Below, piece by piece: positions 12,201 through 22,000 of a DNA stretch of 64,000 bases. The stretch's first letter is position 1. Every line of letters starts with the position of its first letter. The DNA is from Amoebophrya sp. A120 (taxonomy: Eukaryota > Protista > Dinoflagellata): contig CAJINV010000001.1 of assembly GCA_905178155.1 (NCBI GenBank), positions 15,190,142 through 15,254,141 on the forward strand, read 5' to 3'. A program made the position numbers and the translations under genes. The notes beneath the pieces are model-generated. The model was given only the letters and a program-made list of their open reading frames with translations, searched no databases and was not told the DNA's origin.

Positions 12201-14607
12201 GAAAAAACAGTCGATCCGGCAGGAAATTCAGAACAAGGAGGAAGAGCGATTTATGCTGGAGAACTACGCGGTCGAGCTATCAAAAGGAAAAATCCCCCCT
12301 CCCCATATCAAAACGGAATTTCTGATGCTGGATTTGTGTACACAAATCAGCTCTGTATTGCAGAGAAGCGCTGCGGCCAGATCCCCAGGCTAGGTAGCAG
12401 GGACGTTTGGGGCTAGTTGTTCAGCATGGCAAACGGCTCCCCTTTAGTCCCAAGAGCATGACAAATCGCTTCCATAATGGCGCGAAAGCTTCTGCCCTTG
12501 TCTTCTTGCAACAGAAATGTGATTTGTGGCCTCAAATCAGCATCGCAAATTTTCGGAAGCATACCTTGTTGATATGGGGAGGGGGGATTTTTCCTCACGA
12601 TACGAGCAGAATAGCACGCGCAAGAAGGCGCTGGACCAGGAAGTGGATATCTTGCGCACGCTGGAGAAAAACCTCCAGGTAGAAAGAAAAACGCTGCAGG
12701 AGAAACTCGCAAGCCTGTTGGAAGAAAGGCGTGAACAGAACGAGAGAACGACGACGGCAAGAAAGGACGAAAAGGATGATGGAAAAGCAGTCGCTGGCGC
12801 CGAAGAAGCGGGGAAAAAAGAGAGTTTGGAAGGTATTAGGTGTTAGAGTGCAAGAGCAGCTCCATCAACTTCGAACCATGCGTAGATTCTAAACTACTGC
12901 ACTTCGTCTTCGCAATGGCATCCATTGGTTTTGGTTTCAGTACAGGTCGTTCGATTATCCATGTTTTGCCTGCGCACGCCGACATGCAAATGCAATTTCA
13001 AAATGTGATGAACGAACCACACTCATAAACAGCTCCGCCGGAGGACGCAGGGAAAAAGCTGCAGCTTCCGCTCGGCGTGAGCACGAACTCCAGTGCAATA
13101 CCGCCGGAACATCAAACAAAGGGCCCTTCCTTTCTCCCGCCCAATCGGATCACCACGACATCCGGCGGCAGTAGCACGACGCAGTCGACGGCACCGGAGC
13201 AAGTATATCAGAACAACAACTTGGAGGAAGTCCTCCGGCAGCCCACCGTCGCTTGGTCAGACCTGATGGAGCTCCGCGCGCTCATCCGCCAATACGAACA
13301 GTGCTTGGAGCATATTGAGGGGAAAAATCCCCCCTCCCCATATTGAAAAGGTATGTTTCCGAAAATTTGCGTTGCTGATTTGTGACCACAAATCAGGTTT
13401 GTCTTGCAAAAAGACAAGTGCAAAGACATCCGCCCAATTGTGAAGCGATTTGGCATGCTGTTGGTTCTAGGGGGTAGCCATTTGCAATGCTGAACAACTA
13501 GACCTGAGCGCTCCCACCTAGGCTGCGGATCTGGCCGGAGTGCCTTACTGCAAGACAAATCGGATTTGTGTACGCAAATCAGCAGCAGAAGTTCCCACTT
13601 TGATACGGGAAGGGGGGATTTTTCCTTTTGATAGAGCAGGAGAAACGGGACGAGGACTTGTTGCGGCAGCAGAACGACCACCTGATTTTCCAGCTGCAGG
13701 AGATCTACTCAACTACGAACTTGCAGCAAAACATGAGCGAGCAGATATCCTGAGTAAAAACGTACCCACACCAGAGTCAGGATGGGGATTTTGCAACACA
13801 AACCTAGGAGTTTTGGGAGTCACGCATGACAAGTTGCACTCCGCAGTGTAGTGCAGGTTAGCATGTGCAACCGCGTCACAGATTCATCTGCTCATCCTGT
13901 TCACAGCATCACAAATCCCAAAACACGATTGGAAATGGCTTTCATGCGGATGCGCATTACAAGTCTTCCTGTCTTGGCAAATCTGCATTACAACCCTGGT
14001 GTGGGTACGTTTTTACTCAGGATAGCAGACGCAGCTGGAGTACATCCGGAACGTGTTTCGGCAGTTTCTGGATTTGGACGAGAACGGCTCCATATGCATT
14101 GCAAATATGTCTGGGTCTGGAAGAATGCAAGTTTGTCATGCTTGCCTGGCATGACTCATAAATCTGTAATGCATCAGCAGGAAAACGAAAAGGGCCTCTT
14201 GCCTGTCATGCAAAAACGCAGTTTGCCATGCGGAAAACGACACACAGTAGCAGTTGAAAAAATTGTCATGCTTCGCTGCCGATTGCAGTCCCCCCACCAG
14301 TCACATTTTAGCATCACAAGTTTCCAGACCCAGACACATTTGCATTTGATACTCCAGTTCGCTGTACCAAAACCTCACGTCTTCCCTCGGCGGGTCGCGG
14401 AGTAGCTCCGCGGGAACCCTGCAGAAGCTCGCGGAAGAACACGAGCAGTGCATCCCGGTTCTGTTGAAGTTCCTGGAGTTTGATCTTGTCGAGCAGGAAC
14501 AAATCCGGCAAAAACGCGCAAAGAAAGCCGAGAGTTCCTACTACCAGAACGCTGCGAACGAGACGGCAAAAATGATTACCAATTTACGCGGATGGCTCAG
14601 GTTTTGA
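9297..14607 (+). CDS. GRIP-domain golgin-like long coiled-coil protein, multi-exon, with five introners
   Basis: Long E/K/Q coiled-coil ORF pieces. After removing the elements at 13313, 13746 and 14093 the C-terminus reads QLEYIRNVFRQFL...EHEQCIPVLLKFLEFDLVEQEQIR...LRGWLRF*, matching the GRIP pattern (EYLKNVLLQFL...LLPVI..LL.F). Confidence 0.8.
9657..9918. mobile_element. Introner family B (262 bp, DR AAGCC)
   Basis: TIR TATCAAATGTGAAAGTGTCTGGGTCTGGAAGA / TCTTCCAGACCCAGACATTTTTACATTTGATA; DR 9652-9656 and 9919-9923; restores L-Q-A-S-L-D-E. Confidence 0.94.
12278..12602. mobile_element. Introner family C (325 bp, DR CGAGC), orientation 1
   Basis: TIR TATCAAAAGGAAAAATCCCCCCTCCCCATATCAA / TTGATATGGGGAGGGGGGATTTTTCCTCACGATA; DR 12273-12277 and 12603-12607; restores A-V-E-Q-N-S-T. 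Confidence 0.94.
13313..13633. mobile_element. Introner family C (321 bp, DR GAGCA), orientation 2
   Basis: Same TIR type; internal sequence is the reverse complement of the 12278 copy; DR 13308-13312 and 13634-13638; restores C-L-E-Q-E-K-R. Confidence 0.93.
13746..14024. mobile_element. Introner family A, copy 2 (279 bp, DR GCAGA)
   Basis: Perfect 29-bp TIR TATCCTGAGTAAAAACGTACCCACACCAG; DR 13741-13745 and 14025-14029; restores M-S-E-Q-T-Q-L-E-Y-I-R. Confidence 0.95.
14093..14351. mobile_element. Introner family B, divergent copy (259 bp, DR CTCCA)
   Basis: TATGCATTGCAAATATGTCTGGGTCTGGAA / TTCCAGACCCAGACACATTTGCATTTGATA; DR 14088-14092 and 14352-14356; restores N-G-S-S-S-L-Y. Confidence 0.9.
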
Positions 14608-15347
14608 TTCAATCGAAACGATATGAGTATAAAGCGAAAATAATGAGTACAACTTCAAAGCGCGAACTTGTTGGATGGCCACCGTCCTCTCGACGTCGTT
14701 CTCAGCGATGGATGGCAGTGATGTGTGTGATATGCAAACAGTGTTCGACAATGACAAATAAAACTCCACAGGAAGTTCTGAAGATCGTGGAAGATTCTGG
14801 ATTCGAATATCCGTTCGGTTTTCCTTGTCGGAGCTTTGATTGTGAAGAACGATGAGGAGAGCAACATATCGGTAATAAACTTTTGTTTGATCATCGTCGC
14901 AGGGTGGGGCACGCATTTTTTGGGTCGTGAAACTTACCGAACCAAATTTTTGTCGTCGTCCGTGAAGAACCTCGCATGTTAAGGTCATGGGAGGCCGGTA
15001 CCTGTGTTTGCGCACTGAATGAATCAATACTTACTCCAGGACCACAAGTTTGTCAATCTTTTCGATTTCCCGCTGAGAAATTATCGGTTTAAGCCTTTTC
15101 GATTTCAGCATCGGTTCGTGGGTGTTCCCTTGATGCGCATAACTTTTCACTTTGTTCTGTCATTTGTGAAATATGAAGTACCTTGTGCACGATCTCATTT
15201 CGTTTTTTGAAGTGAAGTGCCGTCACCTCACAACGGCTACCTCTACGTACAACCTTGTCGGCTGTGTATATCGGCCGTATTTCCACCGCAACTTTTGTGG
15301 CAAAGAGGTAGAACCAGGAAGAGACTAATAAGCCTCGAAAGAAGAAG

Positions 15348-16824
15348 ATGGGATTCGACGAGAGGTTTCCCACGCTGAGAAACTGGCCCGCCACCGACCC
15401 GGCGTTTTTGGAGGGCGTGCACGACCAATACAAAGCGCACTTTCCGGAGTACAGTATTGACACCCCGCCAACGGAGGAGAACATCCGCGAAGCCAGCTTC
15501 CGGGACCTGCTCGCGGTCTGCTTCGGGCGAAGCATACAGACCGTCAAAGATCAGCAGTTTGCGGACAAAACATGGGAAATGGCAATGCAGGACTTGGTGC
15601 GGAAGTGGAGAGTAAACAGGTACTTAATTGCGTTGTTTCGATACAGTTCTACTTCTACCTTAGTCGAGTGCAATCGGTTGCGCTGCGATTGAAGGTGCAT
15701 GAGAAAAAATCATCAAACCGGTTGCTTCAATACGAAGTATGACATCAAGTGTCCCTTTCACAACTCTTCAGGGGTTCTATCAACATCAACGACCGCATTG
15801 GGGGAATCCCCTACCTGCACTTGATCTGCAAAGTCGGGCAGTGCCGGTACCGTGCCCACCCGGGCCAGGATCCGCGCCCCATGAACCAGATCCCGACCCG
15901 CAACCTCTTACTGGAAACCATCCTGAAGGAAGCCAAGGACCTGAACGTCAACGCCGTCGACTTCCGGGGTCACTCCGCCCTGAACTACTGCTACAGTTAC
16001 ACCTTTGAGGTGACAAACGTTCCGGAAATCGGGCCAGACGGGCAGAGAAGGAACAAGTGCGCGTACGCCGTGTCCATCCACTGGGCCTCGGTCCGCATGC
16101 TGCTGGCCCGCGAGGAGTGGGTTGCGCTCGATTTCCCGGTCCCCGGCGGACAGTTTGGGAACATGCAGTTGTTGCATTTGCTGAAGCGCAGCTACTTGCT
16201 GTTCCAGGAGGAAAATCACAAGCAGTTCCCGGCCAAGGTGCACCACGATTTGCTGCAGACAATAAACAAGTGCGGCGCTGAGGTGGAGCTCGCGCGGACG
16301 CTGCGGTTTTGGCCCATGCAGGAGAAGCTGCAGAAAGACAACACAAAATACGATTGCACGCTGCTCACCCGCACAATCAGCAAACGCTGGGGCGACGGGT
16401 TGATGCTGTTTTTGAACGAACCCGCAACCGAGGAGGTAGTGGAAAACATCTGGAGACATCCGGCGTTTGATAGGTACAGAACAACGTACTTGATAGATTG
16501 TACTTACAGTTACAAGGCGCAAGAAAAGACAGGGATGTTATGATTTCTGTAGTGGTACCCGTACCGGTATGATGGAAAAATAGCGGTATGACAGTATGAA
16601 GATCGAGGGAAAAAGAACATCAAAATTTCCGCATTCACAACAGAATGGGTTTTCTGGACGAAATCTGTCTGGTCGAAGGCAACAACGTGCGAAGATGGCG
16701 TGACATCGACGTCAATTCTATGTACCTCGTGGACAAGTTCAACTGCACAAAGAAGGCCTGGTACTACGTGATGCATGCGATTCAGTTCCAGAAGGGCGCA
16801 GAGCTGAAGGATCAGCTGGTATAG
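15348..16824 (+). CDS. Ankyrin-repeat-like hypothetical protein, about 3 exons
   Basis: ININDRIGGIPYLHLIC and DLNVNAVDFRGHSALNYC resemble ankyrin repeats; GT-AG introns near 15620-15771 and 16537-16643; the 3' end is uncertain. Confidence 0.55.
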
Positions 16825-16887
16825 TTTTTTTTGACGGAATAGGAAGCTTTATTCCGAGACTTTGAAGCACAACAAGAATGTGAACGG

Positions 16888-16934
16888 CTCCCGCATTTGG
16901 TCGAATATTACTAATATTCGACCAAATGCGGGAG
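16888..16934. repeat. Perfect 23-bp inverted repeat with a 1-nt spacer
   Basis: CTCCCGCATTTGGTCGAATATTA-C-TAATATTCGACCAAATGCGGGAG read directly. Confidence 0.95.
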
Positions 16935-17587
16935 AGATAGGGAGATAGGGAGAGTCCCCCTAAAAGGGGGCAACAAAAACAAAACCAAATTGATCGCAAA
17001 CAGCACGGTACGGCCACGACAACATCTTTCGAAATCTGGGGCGGAAATGCTTCCGAAATCTGATGAGGGAAAGTTGAAATGGTCATTGCAATTTTCCTTC
17101 GATGAGGGAAAGTTGAAGCGGCCATTTCAAATATCCTTCGATGGGGGAAAGTTGCAGTGGCCATTTCGATTTTCCTTCGATGAGGGAAAGTTGAAGCGGC
17201 CATTCTAAATTTCCTTCGATGAGGGAAAGTTGAAGCGGCCACTTCAAATATCCCCCCATGAGGGAGAGCTGCAGTGGGCATCTCGATTTTCCTTCGATGA
17301 GGGAAAGTCGAAGTGGCCACTTGCGTTTCAAATTTCCTCTGATGAGTCAACGGGCGCGCGGTGCTCGTTTGCCTTCGAATCGATGCAACGCCATTGGCTG
17401 CGTATGGGGTGAGTGAATGCGCGCGCGCAGCGCGCGCGCAAAATTTTTTTGGTTCTACGGCTTACCAAAACGGAGCATACCGTCGTGATTCAAGGGGATG
17501 AGGTTTACTACGGCTCTCCCTATCGACCTATTCTCCCTATTCCGCTCTCCCTATTCCCTCGATTCACTACAGTCGTATATATATTAG
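16911..17587. mobile_element. Possible non-autonomous TIR element (MITE-like) carrying a minisatellite
   Basis: Ends CTAATAT.../...ATATTAG, each flanked by TTA; subterminal ATAGGGAGA motifs on the left face TCTCCCTAT x3 on the right. Confidence 0.4.
17062..17348. repeat. 39-bp tandem repeat, about 7 units, each with an internal hairpin
   Basis: GATGAGGGAAAG-like cores start at 17062, 17101, 17140, 17179, 17218, 17257 and 17296; consensus TTTTCCTTCGATGAGGGAAAGTTGAAGCGGCCATTTCAA. Confidence 0.92.
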
Positions 17588-17755
17588 TTATGTGTTTGTT
17601 CATCAGTTTCAGTTTACTCACGCCCACACGGCACCTCATGTCAGATCCTTGGCGTTGAATGAGAGCACCTCCGCGAAGTTGTAGAGAAAAAGATTTTCTG
17701 TGCAAAAACTACTACTTATTCATCACACCAGGCGGCCCAGGGCAACACCGTTTCC

Positions 17756-18664
17756 ATGCAGGTGGGTGGGAAGCAGCCCCAGCTCCCGGGGGTGCAGAAG
17801 CAGGTGGTGAAGGTCGGAAAGAACGCGTTTGTCGCCCCGGCGGAACCCTCGAGTCCCATCCACAGCACGCCGCCGCGTTCCAGCGGGAGGACGTTACGAC
17901 GAATTTCCGTGTCCCCCGATTTGTCCAAGGCGCTGGCGCAGGAGGTGGCCAAGATCAACTCCCCAAAAATCCCGAACTTTGAGGAATTGGATAAGAAAAA
18001 AGCGGCGAAAGAACAGCAGTTTGCGTCCACGCCAAAGCCAGAAGTAGTGAACAAGAAGGTCGTGTTGAGCAAGGCAAAGGAAGCCAGTAAGGAGAAGAAG
18101 CCGGCACCAGCATCAAAGGAGAAGGCTGACGAAAAAGATTTGTTTAAGGAGGATCCCGCTGACGACACGAAACCCGCTCCGAAGGCAATGAAGGCAGCGC
18201 CAGCGATGAAAAAGGCAGAGAAGGAAGTTAAGAAGGTAATGAGCAAAAAAGACGAGCAAGCCATGAAGAAATCGCCACCACCAATGGCTGCTGCAAAAGG
18301 GGGCAGTAAAAAGGACAAAGCAGCACCGGCAGCCGCAAAGAAGTCACCACCAGCAATGAAGATGAGCATGAAAAAGATGCAGAAAGCTCATGCTGAGGCG
18401 AAGGCAAGTCCGAAAATGGCATCATCCCCAAAAATGGCATCATCTCCGAAAATGGCATCATCGCCAAAAATGGCCTCATCACCCAAGATGGCAGCCATGA
18501 AAAAGGAAGCAAAAAAGGAGAAAGCTTCCAGCATGAAGAAAGCCGCCGCGGCACCAGCGAAGGCGAAGCCAAAGATGAGCAGCATGAGCATGAAGAAAGC
18601 CGGCGCGACTGCATCTTCCTCACCAAAAATGGGGGTGAAAAAGACCGCCATGAAGAAGAAGTGA
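17756..18664 (+). CDS. Lys/Ala/Met/Ser/Pro-rich basic protein, histone-H1-tail-like
   Basis: 302-aa ORF with (MASSPK)x4 at 18416-18487, many AMKK and SPK motifs, ending KKTAMKKK; the true start may lie in an upstream exon. Confidence 0.7.
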   Translation: MQVGGKQPQLPGVQKQVVKVGKNAFVAPAEPSSPIHSTPPRSSGRTLRRISVSPDLSKALAQEVAKINSPKIPNFEELDKKKAAKEQQFASTPKPEVVNKKVVLSKAKEASKEKKPAPASKEKADEKDLFKEDPADDTKPAPKAMKAAPAMKKAEKEVKKVMSKKDEQAMKKSPPPMAAAKGGSKKDKAAPAAAKKSPPAMKMSMKKMQKAHAEAKASPKMASSPKMASSPKMASSPKMASSPKMAAMKKEAKKEKASSMKKAAAAPAKAKPKMSSMSMKKAGATASSSPKMGVKKTAMKKK

Positions 18665-19079
18665 ATTCTGCTGCAACAGTTTTCTACAAAATAAATCTTG
18701 AGAATACAGGGCAACGGGTTCTTGTAGATGTGCATTTGTTGATGTAGTAGTCTACTACAACCGTGTCGTCGTGTAAAAAAATATCATACTTCTTTTGTAC
18801 CTGTAACATAAGGTCTGGTGATGTCACCGTAATAAACAAATAAAACGATAACGTGCCGCATAATGTGATTAAACTTTAACAGTATACTATCAACGTGTCA
18901 TGCAACGTCGCATTCGCAGTGACAGTGTATACGATTTTCTTATCATAGCTACCCACACAGAAATTTGCACCACTTGCGCTACACTTCCGTACATACAAGG
19001 TCGAGGTGATTCGTCGTCTCCAGAGTGGTCCCAAATGCGAATGTCTGAAATTGATTCTACCTCCCTTCCTCAACGCAAA

Positions 19080-22000
19080 ATGACTGCCACCTCGCTTCTT
19101 ATTCGTCGTTACACCGCGACGCGCTTGCGACTGAACAACGTTTCAAGGCGTACGCCTTGCTGCGAGCCGGTGCGTTCCTGTTCAGAAAAGGCCTTACGTT
19201 CGTATTCGGCCTTTGGATCTAGATCTAGTGGAAGATCAGAAGTGGACAGTTCTAGAGATCAACAGCACTCTATTGTTCGTTGGAACGCTGCAGGTCACGA
19301 CCAAGTGTGCGAGGATCTCCGCTTCCGATCCTGTTTCTTTCTTCCGTGTCGTGGCGGTTCTGTATTGGCGTTTTTACATTTGAAAGATTTTTGTCGGTAC
19401 TCTCAGCGAGCCGAGGCTACAACGCGTAGCGTGCTAAGTTCCCACTCACATCATCAACTGCAGGAGCCCCGCGTCTCTGACCGCCTCCGCGCCGACGCAA
19501 AAATGAAAGCAACACAAGGCGGTCACTTGTCGTACTTTTCCTTCCTTCGGCAGCACGTGATTGGTCCGGTGGTCGCGGCTGTGAGCGTGTGGGGGTTTTG
19601 CTTGCTGCTCTCCCTGTATCTGTGGCGATCCATCGGGGACGAGGAGTTTAATCAATATCTCATGTCCACCTACGTGATCCCGATTATTTCGTCCGGTTAC
19701 CTGCTGATCAAAAACAGCGACGAGGCTACGGAGACCAAGGACGACGCGGAGCAGGAGCAGACGAAGCAGTTGCTGAAGTTGCAGGGGTTGAGCCTGCAGG
19801 CGGAGCTGGTCTTGGTGAACAAGAAACAGGTGCTGGTGTCGCACATCAGGGAGGCGCTGGGCCGGGAGCGCGCCTTCCGGTGGGACGAGTTGTTCCTGTT
19901 GGAGTTGGAGCGGCGGGAGGAGGAGAAACAGACTGCAACAGCCGGAAACGTCGCGGTGAACGTGGTCTCGAGCTTGGTCGCGGCGGCTGCGGGTGGCGGA
20001 GGGGGCAGTGCAGTAGGGACAACTCCTGGGAAGAGCGCAGCTGCGAAAATGCCACGAACCAACAGAAACCTGGGAGTAAGTGCAGCAACTGCGGCAGACG
20101 ACGGCCGATCTTTGGCAGACAATCGGAAAACTAGCAGCGGTGGAGCCCCCTTAGCCGCCGTTGCTATGCAGAACGCGGGAGCCGCCGCAGCTTCATCTGC
20201 GGGCGGAACTAGTGGAGGTTATAGCGCGCCGCAACAACCGGCAGCAGCAGCACCCACCCTTGCAGCATCGACACCGAGCAGTACTTCTAAAGTTGTTGCT
20301 CCGGCGACGGCGCCTCCCTCGGTGAAAACGGTGGAGGTGAAGGCCTCGGAGTGCGTGGTTTCTGAAATGGCAAACCGCCCGGTGTTGCGCTTCACGTTTC
20401 AGTGTCCCACGAACACGAAGCAGAAGGATACAGATTCCAAGAAGCAAGCGGCAGAGGATGACAGCAAGCAGTCGGTGAAACAGGTCGGGTATTCGTGGGT
20501 GCAGGCCATTCGCGACCGTTTCGGGACGAAGCCGGAGGACATGATCACGCTTGAGTGGACCGGCGAGGTGCTAGAGGTGTCCGATGGGCTGGACGTGTTT
20601 CAGCAGTCTCTGACGATCACGAAGTTGCCCGATGCGGGTAAGAACTGGCAAGTGAAACAGCTGACGCTGTGGAAGCTGCGACAGGAGCACCCGCAGGCGG
20701 ACCAGGCGTTGCGGGCGGCGCCGTATTTTTCTTCGTTTAAGAAAACGCTCGATTTGTACAGGGAGCGGCAGACGCAGATCCGAGAAAACATCGAGGAAGA
20801 AGCGAGTTCGCGAGCTAGTTTGCCGGTGGTCTCGCAGGAACAAAGGCCGCGGGCGGGGGGCGACGTCGTCAAGGGGAAAAGTGCTGTCGTGGCCCCATCC
20901 AGTAGAAGTAACTCGAAGATAACATCATCATCTTCAGGCACAAGAGCCCGAGCGCTGTCATCCCCTCCAGTAGAGCGGGAGACGAGCGAAGCAGTGGCAA
21001 AAGTAACGGGACTCGCTGCGAGCGGAGGTTCGAAGAGCCCTGCTGATACCACAGATCAATTAAGTGCGTACAAGACCCTGGCTAAGAAACGCGCTGACTT
21101 GGTGGAGGAGCTGGAGTTTTTCGTGAGAAAGTCTGAGTGGTCGGCGACGTTTCTAAAACGACTCCACGACGAACGGCAGAAACAAGGCTCGATTCCCGCA
21201 GGCGGAGCGCAGCAAACCGGAGGATCTTCCCCCGGCAATCTACCGGGGCACCCACTGTATTCGAAGTCGATGTGGCTCGCCGTAGAACACCCAGTTTCTA
21301 TGATCACGAGTGTGTCTCGCCTGGTGTCCGGGGTGGTCTTTTACCCGCAGGTCGGGCAAAAGTACCGTGCCAGCGTTGGGTCGGGGAGTCCAGGAATGTT
21401 GCGTCGGAACTTTCACCGCTACTTGTCGGCGATCTTCCCTCGCGCGCGAGCGCGGCGCGACGTTTTCATTCGAGTAACGACAACGACGCCGCCACCAACT
21501 GCCGTCGTGAGAAGCAGCATCACAGCTGGCCCGCCCGCTGTGGCCGAAGAAACACAGCAGGTTGCAAAGGAAATCGAGACTGCAAAACTAAGTACAGCGG
21601 TTTCATCGGGGAGTTCGAAGGCATCTACGGCAGCAAACAGGCCCGGGCCTGTGGCTGAAACACCAGTACCCGCCCCCGTTGATGCCGCAGCGCCAGTAGC
21701 GAAACCCGATTCGATCCTCCCGGTTAGCACGCCAGTTGGCACTCCTCCTTCTTCAATAGCACCAGTGGTGACAACTTCACCGCCGATTCCGGAAGAAGGC
21801 GGAGGGGTCTCGTCCGCCGCTCCAACAGTGACCACTTCTGCACCAGGTACCGCGACCGGTCAAACAGCGACTTCGGCCGCGCCCACAGCAGGCAACGTCA
21901 ACGAGTTATCGAGCGGTCTGCTGAAAGTAAAAAAAGATTCGGGTGCTAAGATAGAGGATTTGGACACAGCAGCCGGAATGGACTCAGTGTCTGCAAAAGC

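Noticed and set aside
17062-17348. CRISPR-like array (palindromic repeat units at regular spacing)
   Set aside because: The intervening sequences are homologous to each other rather than unique spacers, the context is eukaryotic, and no cas genes are present.
16739-17350. 203-aa minus-strand ORF with MAASTFPHRRKIE repeats
   Set aside because: A by-product of the 39-bp (13-codon) period; several frames on both strands are open.
17055-17380. Hammerhead ribozymes (CTGATGA at 17060 and 17339, nearby GAAA)
   Set aside because: Internal units read TCGATGA, stem II is not convincing, and no valid stem III with an NUH cleavage site could be built.
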